Below are positions 50,601-63,449 of a stretch of DNA of 64,000 nucleotides, piece after piece. Numbering within the stretch: position 1 is the stretch's first letter; each line of letters opens with the position of its first letter. A program made the translations under genes and the position numbers. The stretch covers positions 161,698,001 to 161,762,000 of the forward strand of contig NC_086097.1 of assembly GCF_963921235.1 (NCBI RefSeq). Reading direction: 5' to 3'. The stretch is from Mobula hypostoma. Taxonomy: Eukaryota. The notes under the pieces are model-generated. The model searched no databases. It had not been told where the DNA came from and saw only the letters and a program-made list of their open reading frames with translations.

Positions 50601-51254
50601 ACTCTTGTGGTCTCAGCTTGTGATCCAGAAGAATAAGTTCAAATCCCATGACAGTTGAGGAAAATTTAAATTCAGTTAATAATCCATCAGTGAAAATAAC
50701 TCATCAGTAATATTGACTGTGAAGCTACCAGATCGTTGTAGAAGTTTTTCTAGCTGGTTGTCATCATGGTGCCTTTATGTTATCTACTCCATAGCCAGAG
50801 CAATACTTGCCAGAAGTAGTAGTCTGGAGGAGTGATTGAGAAGGAGAGATTGAGAGCGAAGAAAGAAGGGAGGAAAATCCAATGTGGAATTTTGACAGAG
50901 AACATTTGTTGGAGATTTGAAGTGAGAGCATACTTGAAAATCCGAATAATCGGAACAACTGAAAAGGAAAAACTCAGTTTAAAAAAAAAAATGTGATCTT
51001 GGGTTACTTTAAAACGTTAGAAGGAGAGTGGTAGATAGGCCTGGTAGTGGCATCTTGTTAAAGGTGGCAGAAATCATAATCCGTTGAATGTGGTTGAAGA
51101 GGGACTATCTTTGCTCTGGTTGGAGAAAATGGGATGAGAATGTGAACGTAGAACAGTATAGTATAGCCCACAATGTTGTACAGCTCAGCCTTTTAAAGGT
51201 AGAGGAGGTGGAGTATGCTTTATGATGAACTCATTGTGGTGCACAGATGTGGCG

Positions 51255-53560
51255 GTTCCTGCTCACGCAACCTGGAACATCTAATAGCCAAATGTTGTCC
51301 ATTTTATCTGCTGAGCAAGTTTCTTGCTATCATCTTGGTAGAGGTCTGAGCAACTGCTACCAACCTCACCTGAGGAAGCAGAGGAGCCACACAGTTGACC
51401 ACTGTTATACCACCAATAAGAATGCTTACTGTCCCATCCCACGCCCACACCTTGGGAAGTCCGATCACCTGGCTGTACTTCTACTCCCAGTGTATAGGCA
51501 GAAACTAAAGACAGCAGCACTATTGGTGAGGACCAAGAAGGGAAAGAAATGTTTAGAGGATTACTTTGAGTCATTGGACTGGACAACATTAACGGATTCA
51601 TAAAATCGGAATGAATGTGCCACAGTTGTCACCAACTTCATCAAGACCAATGTGTGGGTGAGTATGTTCCTTTGAGAACATGTTGGACATGGCTAAACCA
51701 AAAGCTGTGGCTGAACCAGGAGATTCATAGTCTGGTGAGGGCTTGATCTGTGGTATTCAAGACCAGTGATTCAGAACTACACAAGTAGTTCAGGTATAAA
51801 CTACTGAAGATTATTTTAAGGGCGAAAAATCAATTCCATTTGAAGTTGGAGACAAAATTGGGTGCTCATAATTTTTGGCAGGGTTTGAAGACTTACTTCC
51901 TACAAAGCAAGACCTAACATGAATGGCTGTGATGCTTCTCTCCCAGATGAGCTCCATGCTTTTTATGCACAATTTGAAAGGGAGAGTAAAACTACACTCA
52001 TGAGAATCCCTGCAACATTTGGTAACCGTGAGATCTGTCTGAGGCCATCATCAGAATATCTTAAGAGGGTGAACTTTTGCAAGGCATAGCGGGTAGAAAA
52101 CTGAAAACCTGTGCCAACCAACTGATGGGAGTGTTTAAAGAAATCTTCAATTTCTCACCGCTACAGTCGGAGGATCCTACATGCTTCAAAAGGGCAACAA
52201 TCATACCAATGCCCAAGAAGAGCTGGGTGAGCCTCAATGACTAACATCTAGTTACACACACATCTACTGCAATGAAGTACTTTGAGATGTGTGTCATGGC
52301 TAGAATCAACTCCTCCAAGGACCTTGATTTGCTGCAAATTGCCTCTTGCCACGAAAGATCTACAGCAGATAAAATCTCACTGGGTTTCCACTTGGCCTTG
52401 GATCACCTGAACAGTAGCAATACCTACATCAGGCTGATTACAGCTCAGTGTTCAACAGAATCATAGCTTCAGTTCTAATCAACAAGTGCCAAAACCTGCA
52501 AATGGATCCTTGACACCCTCATCGGAAGAACACAGTCAGTGGGATTGGAAATAGCATTTCCTCTTTGTTGACAGCCAACACTGGTGCACCTCAGTGCATG
52601 CTTAGCCCACTGCTCCACTCCCCCTACATGCATGACTGTTTTGCTAGGCACAGCTCAAATGCCATCTATGAACTTACCGAAGACACAACTATTGTTGGCA
52701 GTATTTCAGATGGTGATGAGGACTGATCAGCTGGTTGAGTGATGTCACAACAACAACTTTGCATTCAATTTCCAATAAGACCAAGGAATTGATTATGGAC
52801 TTCAGAAAGGGGAGGTCGAAGGAGCACACACGTGAGTCCTCATTGAAGGGTGAACAGTTTCAAGTTTCTGGGTGTCAACATCTGAGAATCTATCCTGGGC
52901 TCAACATATCCATTTACAAACAAGGTGCAACAGCAGCTGTATTTCATTAGGAGTTTGAGGAGACTAGTTGTGACATCAAAGACTCTCTCAAATTTCTACA
53001 GATTACCATGGAGAACATTCTGTTTCCATCACTGTATAGTAATGAGGGGTCACTGCACAGGATTTAGAAAAAGCAGCAGAAAGTGGTAAACTCATTCGGC
53101 TCCAGAATAGACACTGTCCTCCCTGGCATTGAGGGTACCTTCAAAAAGCGATGCCTCAAAATGGTGCCATTCATCATTAAGGACCCCCTCACCCAGGACA
53201 TGCCTTCTTCTCATTGTTACCATCAAGGTGGTGGTTTAGGAGCCTGAGACCCTTGATTAGAAAGTACATCTTGTGAAGAAAGGTTAAGCGAACTAGGTCT
53301 TTTCTCTTTGGAGCAAAGGAGGAGAGAGGTGACTTGCTAGAGATGTATAAGATGATAAGGGGCATAGAGTGGACAGCCAGAGAATTTTTTTTTCCCAGGG
53401 TGGAATTGACAAATACAAGAGGGTATAATTCTAAAGTGATTGGAGGAAAGTATAGGGGGATGTCAGAGGTAGCGTTGGAGAAGCTGTTCCTCAACGTTTC
53501 AGGAACCGCTTTTTCCCTTCTGCCATAAGATTTTTAAATGGACAATGAACTCATGAACAC
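51255..53560 (+). mobile_element. Long decayed Rex1/Babar-type LINE with a CR1 3' insert (~53255-53470)
   Basis: DHCY..PRPHLGKSDH, MKYFE, KTKELIMDFRK, HAFFSL in collinear order. Confidence 0.8.
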
Positions 53561-54175
53561 TAGCCCTTCCCTCCCTCATTGCCCTCCAATTTCCTTTCAT
53601 CTATGTGCCTAAGATTCTCTTAAATGTCCTTAATTTATCTGCCTCTGCCACCACCCCTAGCAGCATGTCGCATACACCCACCACTCTCTGTATAATAAAA
53701 CACTACCTATTGCATTGATCATTAACGGTAACTCTATGCACTAACCTTTCATTAAGTTCCTTGGGCATTATGTCATTTGCTTACTTGTTTAAATTGCACT
53801 GTTATTCTCCATTTTAAAGCTAAATTGAGTTGATGTAAAATGCAGCAAAAATAAATCTAACTAAACTCTACATCAAATGAAGTGCTCAGTCTTCAAAGCA
53901 AATGTTACTGTTAATTAGCCTTCAATTGCACTGTCCTTGTATTAATGTAATTAAACAAAAATGAAGGCAGCTCTGTTAGCTGCATCACTGTGCCATGCTC
54001 TTGAATTAAAGGAAATATTGGTGGTTGAAGCCATTATTGGATTTTTACTTTGAATATTTTATTCAGCAGTATTGACCACCATAATTGATGAAGTAATAAT
54101 GAGGATGACATATTTTAAGAGTGAAGTTTAATATTTGTTGGAATCAAATAATTGATCTTTTACTTTGTTTTCTAG

Positions 54176-54317
54176 CTAGATATAAAGATCCACTATGGAA
54201 GTGAAGCATGGGCCTGAAAGTTTTTAACTTAAAAGAGAGCGAGATGCAAAGTTAACTGTACAAAGTGGTTTCTATTTAATTTCCTCCATCCATGGGGGAC
54301 AGTCAGTTTTTCTCTTG
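54176..54317 (+). other. Possible second (5' UTR) exon of the plus-strand gene
   Basis: Strong acceptor cttttactttgttttctag; candidate donors A|gtcagt (54302) or G|gtatag (54318); several short ATG-initiated frames; non-repetitive context. Confidence 0.35.
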
Positions 54318-56349
54318 GTATAGGCCTATATTAAAAAAAAAGGACACGTGAAACAGCAGTAGTGGGTAATATGGTCTCCTCAAACTGAATCTACTGTTCA
54401 TTAACACCTTTGAACAGATATTCCCCTTAATAGCAGTTTTCCTTATGTTTCTCATAACTTTGTTCATTCCCTCTCAGCCTTTAATAAATTCACCTATTCA
54501 GGATCCACAGCTCAATACAGTGGGCAGAAAATTCTGAAGAGTTAGGTGCTCTGAAAAAGGAAATTGCTGCCTAGTTCAATCTTAATATGAATGGCTCCCT
54601 AGTTTGCTGTTTCCCCATGAGGGTAGACATTCTCATGCCATCTAACATACGCAGCTCCCTCAGAATCCCTATGTTGCAATTAGATCATCTAAACACGTAG
54701 AAATGCAAGTCCAATTTGCTAAACGTTTCCTCGTCAGGAAAAGCCTTCATCATAGGAATCAACCAAGTGAGCTGGCTCCAATGCAAGTTTATTGCATCCT
54801 AAGTAGTACTGCACAATACTCTAGACATCTCATCAAAGGACTGTGCACTTGGAGCAAGATTTCTTGATACAGTATTCCTATTTTTTGTACATAATTGCCA
54901 AGTAATTAAGACTAACATTCCATTTGCCTTTGTCATTACTGTGTGCTAATTTTGTTTCGTGTAGGAGGATCCTTCTGTACAATAGCATTCTGTTGTCAAT
55001 TTCTGCTTAAACAATATCCTGTTTTTCTACCAAAGAGTAGTAAAACTCCTATTTCCCTACATCATATTCTATTTAAATTCTTGCTCACTTGATTGATTAA
55101 TAATTGTCTCATTGTATGCTTGTTTCTCCTTGCAACTTATTTTCTCAGACTAACCCAGAATTTGGCTATGATACATTATTTTTGTCTAAGTCACTTAGAG
55201 ATTCTAAATATTTAACACCCCTGCACTGTGGCATCCCACTAGTTACAGCCTGGCAATCAAAAAATGCTTTGTTTATGAGAAAGGCTAGATAGACAAGGCT
55301 TCAATCTGCTGCAACTCAGAGGAAGGAGTGAGTGGAAACATAAAATGCTGAGGGATGACAGAGGGATGAGAGAGAATGTTTTCTTATTTAAGAGAGTTAA
55401 GATTTGGAGACATGCCCTTAGAACTTTATTAAGCTAGTTATATAATTTATGGATAATGCTTAGCATGGGTAGATGAGAGAGCTTGAAGTTTTAGTTAGAT
55501 GAAACACGATCTTTGTTAAATAGTGGGAAAAAAACTTGCTCCAAATCTGTACATTTATATGACTCTGCCTTAATTTATTTTGAATCTGGAGAAACGTTGA
55601 TTGTTCTATATACTTTTGAAGTAAAGTATAGTGCATTTATTTGAATTAAGTACAGGAAACCCCTGTGTAGTGGGGGTTGGAGGAGTGGTGTGGTTCTACT
55701 CTTAGATGCTCCATATTGTGATTTTAACATAACGCAAAGCTGAGTTAAGTGTCAAAAACTGTGATTTGAAAAATACACTTTGTGTTGATTTTATTTTTGT
55801 ACATAAATGCTGTGTGAGTAACTTTATTCTACATCTCAACTTTATGGTAGTGATATATGAATTGTGTAAAGGGTGTATTTCTCTGAAAGACTGCAATGCA
55901 TGGCCTGCGTATATACCTAAAACTATAGTGTGTGTACTTCCATGTTATATAGTAAACAAATCCTGCCCCACCCCCATTTTGCTCCCAGAACAAATTAAAG
56001 ATGGAAGTTGGGGCTAAATTTGCCTTCGCAAGAATTAGCCCACAGAGACGTTTGCAACCGGAATATTTCTGTTTGGCTGTTAATGATGGTTCTTAATTAT
56101 AGCTGTTTTACTTTGTAGCTTGTGATAGTTAAATGGTTCCAACTCTGCAACTCTTCCTAAATTCAGGATTCTGGATTTTTAAAGCTATCTGAATTTGTAT
56201 GCCATAGGGTGAAGCGGAGGTGAATCAAAAATGTTTGTTTGCTTCTCCTGCCTTCTGCTAATGAATCAGCAAATGACTCTTCAAGGTATGACTTGAATCC
56301 AAATTTCCATCAAAAATAGCACAAAGGGAAATAATATGTGGATGTGTTT

Positions 56350-56475
56350 TTATACAAAAATGCTGGAAATATTCAGCATTCAAGCATTATCTGTGGAAGG
56401 ACTTTTTCAGTTGAAAGGTTGACTCTTTTCACAGATCCTGTCTCACCTGCTGAGTTTTTCCAGCATTTTCTATTT
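56350..56475. mobile_element. Old Penelope-terminus foldback
   Basis: aaaatgctggaaatattcagca on the left pairs with tgctgagtttttccagcatttt on the right. Confidence 0.55.
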
Positions 56476-56949
56476 CAGGTTTTCATGTAGGTGTGTGTTA
56501 CTTAATATGCATTCTGTCAGTTAGTTGAGAATTTGAAATTATTTTTGACAAATTGCATAATTTAATTCAATAAATCTGGTATTCAATAAATCACCCTGAT
56601 GAGAAAATGACAATGGAACCTACCCAGTTTCTTTAAAAAAATGTTTAATTATTCATTTTATGGGATGGAACCTGTCACTACTACTTGGGATGATTGTGAG
56701 TTTAGTTAGTGTTTGACTTTTTAACAGCTCAGTGTAGCTTGTGATGCATGAGGAAAACTGCCTTAATGTGTGATGCCACCCTGAGGACAAAAAAATGTGT
56801 CTTTTAAGAGACTCCTGGATAGTATATAGAGCTTGGAAAAGTAGAGGGCTATGGGTAACCCTAGGTAATTTCTAAGGTAAGGACATGTTTGGCGCAGCTT
56901 TGTGGGCTGAAGGGCCTGTATTGTGCTGTAGGTTTTTTATGTGTCTGTA

Positions 56950-57110
56950 TAAGCAATTCTGCAGATGCTAGAAATCCAGTGACATACATGAGATACTGAG
57001 GAAGGTCAGGCAGTATCCATGGAAATGAATAGCTGACATTTTGGGCTGATGTGATGACTGTTCATTTCCATGGATGCTGCCTGACCTGAGTTTCTCCAAC
57101 AATTTGTGTA
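56950..57110. mobile_element. Penelope-terminus foldback
   Basis: aggtcaggcagtatccatggaaatgaa pairs with ttcatttccatggatgctgcctgacct; apex at gacattttgggctga. Confidence 0.7.
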
Positions 57111-57241
57111 CATTAGTTGAGTAAAATATTGCTGCTTTAATTCCTAGAGCAAGTGTAACAGATACTTTTGTTATTTTACTGCGTTATGTTGTTTTACTAA
57201 TTAAGAACGTGGCTTGCAACAGTCCCCTGGTCCGTCTAGAG

Positions 57242-57645
57242 CAGGGGTCCCCAACCTTTTTTGCACCGCGGACCAGTTTATTATTGACAATATTCTTGCA
57301 GACCGGCTGACCTGGGGGGGGGGCGTGGTATGGTTGCCAACGGACAAAAGTAGCAGTCAAATACGTTGTGTTTACCCTGAGAAAGACTACCTTGACCATG
57401 AAGCCTTGCGCGGGCACCTGTGTGCACATGGGTGTACGTGCTGATTTTTTTTTTTCTCTCTCTACAAATCGTTTTTGGCGATTCTGTTCGGGGAGGGGGT
57501 GTTAATCACGACCGGACTATAGGTGATAAGTGGCTAATACACTCAATTTCTTTTTTAAAAGGGTTTATGTATCGAATTTACAAATGTAATATTAAACACA
57601 CAACACATATTTTCCTTGCATGAATATAGTGATAAGTCAATTATT
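57242..57645. mobile_element. hAT/Charlie-type MITE, one terminus only
   Basis: caggggtccccaacctttttt terminus preceded by gtctagag (NTCTAGAN target preference); second terminus not found. Confidence 0.75.
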
Positions 57646-57861
57646 GGGGAGGACAGGGGAGCTTGAAGTAAGTGTTGAATGAACTTCCAGTAGAAGTGGT
57701 TCGACATTATCATTTAGAGAAAAATTGGACAGCTATATGGACAGGAAAGGAATGGAGGGTTATGGGCTGAGTGCAGGTCAGTGGGACTAGTGAGAGTAGT
57801 GTTTGGCACGGACTAGAAGGGTAGAAATGGCCTGTTTCCGTGCTGTAATTGTTATATGGTT

Positions 57862-57974
57862 ATCACAGATTTTTTCCATATAAATTAATGGTAATTGCTG
57901 CTTCGCTTTATGACATTCTGGCTTACGAACTGTTTCATAGGAACGCTCTACCTTCAGATGGTGAGGAAAACCTG
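57862..57974 (+). mobile_element. Terminal fragment of the same Tigger family as 38144-39711
   Basis: Reverse complement of ~38144-38256; ends aacctg|TA. Confidence 0.8.
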
Positions 57975-57977
57975 TAT

Positions 57978-58172
57978 TGTAAATGTATTGCTTGATTCTG
58001 TTTACCTAATGCATTGTGGGCTACAGGTAAAAGTACATAAATGGCATATGTCATCATGTCGCTATGTCATATGTATGCACCTTGGTTAAAGTAAAAATGA
58101 AGTTGGACTCTCATTCCCGGCTCCCATATTTTCTTTTTAATTAATTTTATGTTTTGGATTTACATAATATAA
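57978..58172 (+). mobile_element. Possible small solo LTR (Gypsy-like)
   Basis: tgt...aca bounded ~195-bp segment with agtaaa-type signal; no clean TSD seen. Confidence 0.3.
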
Positions 58173-58299
58173 GTGTGAGGTAATTGTGGGGCATGAATCA
58201 ACACTGCAAAATAATCTTGTCTAACAGTTATAGAATGTTTCTGACTCCTGAAGGAACTTTAAGTCACAGCTGAAGTTGCACATCACTCTAGCTGCCTGT

Positions 58300-60380
58300 G
58301 AGGGCAGGAATGGAAAGAAGGATGAATGCATGGATGGTGCAAGGATGGCCTCTATAAGAAGGATGGGTTGCACTTCAACTAGAGGAGAACTAATATCCTG
58401 GCTGGGAGCTTCATTGGTGCTACTTGGGAGGGTTTAAACTAGTTTTGCAGTAAGGCAATGAAAACCAGAGCACCAGGTCAGAAAGTGGAGTGATTAAGAG
58501 GAAAGTAGATGTGTTGACCATAACTCCAAGTCTCTAAGGAAAGCAGGGCAGGAGCAAGGTAATGTATATGATGGGGCATACTGGCTGCTGTGTTCATTTT
58601 AGAGCTTGGTGTATTAAGGGTGTTGAACTTAGTGCATGGATCAAAACATGGAAATATGATGTTGTGGCCATTAGAGAATTGGTTGAGTGATGGGCAGAAC
58701 TATATGCTGAATGTTGTAAAGGGTTTTGATGTTTCAGAAGAGATAGGATAGAGTTGCACAACTGATCAAGATTCGATGTCACAATTACACAAATTCAGAG
58801 ATCTGATAAATTTTATTTTGAACTTTGAGTTTGTACCTCGAGTTGATAGTTCTTTGGCAAAAATGTGCAGCTGGGGAGTATTTAGGCACCTGAGACAAAC
58901 TCTTTCTGGGTGCACATTAATTCAGTTTATTGTCAAGAATGTATATTGCAGCAGCCAGGTGAATGTGTACCAAATTGTATGATTAGTCATAACTTAAAAT
59001 AAACTTCTGTTTCTAAACAAAGTAACCACTGGTCAATTATTGACCTGGGGGATAATGTTTAAAGGTTCCCAAGAGATGATATTTTCCATGCAGAGGGTGG
59101 TGAGTATGCGGAATGACTGTCGGAGAATGCGGTTGAGTCAGGTATTAAAGCATTTCAGTTTAGTGTGGTTACCTCTGCTCACTGTAATGCTGTTACATCA
59201 GAAGAGATAGATGAGAGATTTTGGAGGGGTATCTGGAGTGTTGCATTCAACTTTAATCACCACATTGCAAGAAGGATGAGCATGCTTTGGAGAGGATACC
59301 AGAGGTTTTGCTGGATGCTGCCTGGATTAGAGGGCAAATGCTATACAGAGAGGTTGAACAAACTTGAGCTGTTTTCATTCGAGTGGTAGATGCTAAGGGG
59401 AGACCTGATAAATGTTTGAGATTGTGAAATGCATGTATTTAGTAAACTGACTAGTACATCCCAACATTGAAATTTCTAACACTAGAGAGTATTCATTTGA
59501 GGTGAGAGGGGGTAAGTTCAAAGGTTCTTCTTCTTTTCCAGATATCCATTAAATGAAGAAAGAAAAGAATGGTAGCATGATCATCAACCCTCAAATCCCT
59601 CTTCCCCACACATCAAGCAAAAACAGGACAGGCACATTGACCCCGCCCTTCCCCTGTGCACACAAAAACAAGAAAGATCTGTGGGGGACAAAAAACTATC
59701 AACTCAGGGGGAGGGGGAAGTCTGTAGTCAAAGTCCGTATCCAAAACGCAGAAAACCTGGGTAATATTTTCTGGGTACAGCAGCAGGCCTTTCGCTCTGT
59801 GTAGCAGAGTGATCCCACCAGTGATTAAAAGGCAGGCTGCTGGCACTGACCTGCCTGGATGCTTCAGTCTCCCTTGTCACTTTAATCAGTAAACAGTGGA
59901 AACTTTTTAATTGGCGCAATGGAGTCAGACATTGGCCTACAGCCTTATTGCCACAAGATTTGTGTACTCTGCCTCTGCCTCCCAGAATCCTCTCGGAGAC
60001 TGCAGAGCGCTGGAACGCCCAAATGATCTCCAAACTGTAAATCACAGGCCTCAACAGTTCCAGAATCACATTCAAGATAAAAACAAACGTAAGAGACATA
60101 AGAAATGAAATACATGGTTTCATGATCTATCTAGAAGATTGCGCAGGTGCAATGTTGATCTGAAGTTTTGTACACAGTGAATGGAGGATGCTTGAATGTG
60201 CTGTCAAGGCTGGTGGTGGAAGCAAATACAATGGGGGGCATTTGAGGTTCTTAGAAAGGCACATGAATGTTGCAGAGAATGGAGCGATATGGATACTGTC
60301 GGCAGAAGAATAGTTAGGCTTTAACTGCTAGTTTAATTGGCATAACATTGTAGGCTGAAGGGCCTGTTACTGTGTTCAAT
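58300..60380 (+). mobile_element. Mosaic of decayed CR1 pieces with an unclassified insert (~59525-60170)
   Basis: gatgggttgcacttcaac, atatgatgttgtggccatt, MLPGLEG..Y.ERLNKLELFS. Confidence 0.6.
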
Positions 60381-60419
60381 CAGCCATTCCTCTAAAAGAT
60401 GCTGTTTTTTTTCTAGGTA

Positions 60420-61225
60420 TTAGTTTAGCAAACATTGCTTGAACAACTGAGAGTATGAGATGAGCAGTCCTTGAAAATGAGTCCATAAATTGGAGCATGT
60501 CAATGATGGTGAAGTTATCCCCTTTGGTTCAAGAGCCTGATGGTTGAAGGATAATAACTGCTCCAGAACCTGGCGCTGAGAGTCTTGAGGCTCCTGTACC
60601 ACCTTCCTGAGGCAGCAGCGAGAAGAGAGCATGTGCTGGGGATCCCTGATGATGGATGCCACTTTCCTGCGGCAATGCTTCATGTAGATGTGCTCAATGG
60701 TGGGGAAGGCTTTACTTGATGGACTGGGTCATATCCGCTACTTTTTGTAAGGTTTTCTGTTCAAGAGCATTGGTGTTTCCATACCAGGCTGTAATGTAGC
60801 CAGTCGGTATACTCACCACTACATATCTATGGAAAATTTCTAGATGTCCCGCTGAATCCTTGCAAACTCCTAAGGAAGCCCAGAACGGGTCCTCTGAAAT
60901 AGTATCACAGAAGAATTTAAAGTTGCTGACCCTCTCCACCTCTGATCCTCTAATGAGAACTGGCTCATGGACCTCCAGATTCCTCCTCCTGAAGGTAATA
61001 ATCAGCTCCTTTGTCTTGCTGACATTGAGTAAAAGATTGTTGTTATGGTACTACTCAGCCAGATTTTTATTCTCCCTCCAAAATGCTAATTCGTCACCAC
61101 ATTTGATTTGGCCTATGAGAGTGGTGTTGGCAGCAAACTTAAATATGGCATTGGAGTTGTGCTTAGCCATGCAGTCCGAAGTGACTTAAGCAGGAGGCTA
61201 AGCACACAGCCTTTTGCACCTGTGT
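60420..61225 (-). mobile_element. Rex1/Babar-type RT C-terminus and 3' end
   Basis: ERVSNFKF, TGYITAWYGN, RKVASIIRDP. Confidence 0.85.
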
Positions 61226-61734
61226 TGATGAGAAAATTGGTGATGTAGGTATCAAGAAAGGTAGGATATCAATCAACTGAGAAGTTTGGTGGAGCAATGG
61301 TAAATGGAATTTAATTCCAACAGCTGCGAGCTGATGCATATGGAAGGCAAACAAGTCAGTCTTTTTGTCCAGGGGGAATGTATGAAGGAAAAAGGGCATG
61401 GGTTTAAGATCAGAGTTAAAGAGATTTAAAAGGGACTTACGGGCAGATTCTTCACCCAATGGGTGGTGCAGGTTTAGAACTAGCTCCCAGAAATAGTGGT
61501 TAAGGCACTCACGTTAGTAATATTTAAAAGCCATATAATTTAGTCCATGGATCAGAGAGGGTTAAGGCCAAATTCAGACAGATAGGACTTGCTTGTTTAG
61601 TATGATCAAACAGTTGAAAGACCAATATATACAGAAACTAATGCTTATCAAGATGGATGGTGGGAAATTGGGAGATAAAACACTTGTATGGCATTTTCTT
61701 TCAAAACTTCAGTGTATACTCAGCTTCTGAATTA

Positions 61735-62200
61735 TTATTATTATCATCATTATTTTCTGAGGTAGTCCCTTGGGTTGAGCATGGTTCTACCTCCTGTGCA
61801 TCTGAGGTAGCTAGTAGAGCTGATGTGATGGGTGGCTTGGTTGGGATGATGTATGTTCTGTCTGTTGTGTAAGTTTGACCTCTGCATGCCCTGATTATGG
61901 GAACTTGTTTCTCCATGCTGCCTTGTATGCTAATTTCCATCTTAATCAGTCACAAGCTTGGTATTCTAATGAGTCAGAGAGGATGTTACATTTTTTTCCG
62001 AGCAGGATTTGAGAATGTTCATGATGTGGTGCTTTGTCCTGGAAGAAAGGGGCCTTGAGCAAAGTGCTGTCTTTAGGAATCTGATGTAAGGTTTGAAGGT
62101 GATGTGATCTGTACTGGATCTGGATGAGTACGAGCACCCTGTTGATGGGAATATTGGTTAAAGGAAGAACGCGGCCTCTAGATTTATAAATTTGTCTTGG
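61735..62200 (-). mobile_element. Decayed LINE 3' end, RTE-like
   Basis: (tta/tca)n tail at 61732-61755 followed by degenerate sequence; family assignment weak. Confidence 0.35.
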
Positions 62201-63449
62201 TGGTACTTAGCCAGTGTGCTGAGATTTTACTGTAATTCTGTCTGTGAAGCATACTGGTGTGTTTGGACCACTATTCTTAAGCAAGTTTAAAAGTTAGTGC
62301 TTGCTTTGAGGATTGGTCTTTGAACACACTTTTTTTTCTGTTTGGAGACTGTTAGCAAAATGGAGGCAGAAATGAGTTTTGTCATAATGATGTGCCTTAG
62401 CTGAGACATGCTCCCATAGTACGGATGGTCTTTCAGATTCTCAGTGTCAGTTTGCAGATATGGTTTGCATCAAAAGCTGAAGCTTTAAGCCCTTGTTGAT
62501 TCCTACATTGAAACATGATGGAAATGGCCCTTAATTGTTTCCAAGCACAGTGCTGATGCAGAAATACTGTAAAATCTGAAATATTATTCACATTAAAATA
62601 AACACCTAAATTATGCACTGCATCTGTATTCACAGCATTAATTACATGCAGTGGAAGTGCCTGTATATCAACAGTATGCAATTGTCAATGTCGCTAGATG
62701 TATGTGGAGTGATGAACTAAAACCTAAATATTGTTTAAAATCTTCCAGGTAACAGCAGTAACAGCAGTTCATTCAAATCAAACTGATTGTGATTTGTGAA
62801 TAAAGTTGATTTTAATGGTGAACCTACGGCCAGGATTGCAGTGACACCAGAGTACTCTGATCTCTAAGGCCTTTCCTTCCCCATGTTGCATCACCAGCTT
62901 TTTGGAGGGGTTTGTGCTGTCAGTGCCCTGATGAGGTCAGTGACTGCTGTCAACGGCTATACTTAGTACAAGTGAAGGCTAATGAAACCACTTCAGTATC
63001 TGTGTCCAGAGTGTGAGGTTCGCCTTAGCTCTAATATTGATCTGAACAGAGTACATGAGCCAGAGTGTAAGCTTTACCCAGATCCTTGTCAACCCTAGCA
63101 ATACCTGGCATTGAGCCGTTTGCTTATGATTTCTTTTACAGAGCAGATGTCAGAAACCTGTTTCTGGAGATGGAAAACTCTCGACTGGTGTTTTCTATTT
63201 AGCTTTTTGAGAAGGTAGAACTCTGAGTGGGCAAGTGGATTCTTCCTTGATTATTTCAAAAGGTGGTACAAACAATGGCATCCTGTGAGTTCATGATTTG
63301 TCATGCTGTTTAGTGTCTTTGGAGTATTTCAATCCTCCATCCAGAATGGCATCTACTAAAGCATTCGGATGTTGTTGGGATTATTTCACTCTGGAGTGGA
63401 ACCTATTCTCAGACCCAACTCTACCAAAGCTGTCTAATAATTACTGAGA

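Noticed and set aside
62928..62951. CTGATGAG followed by a small stem as a hammerhead
   Set aside because: No GAAA box after the stem; the same applies to CTGATGAG near 2694, 19490 and 56596
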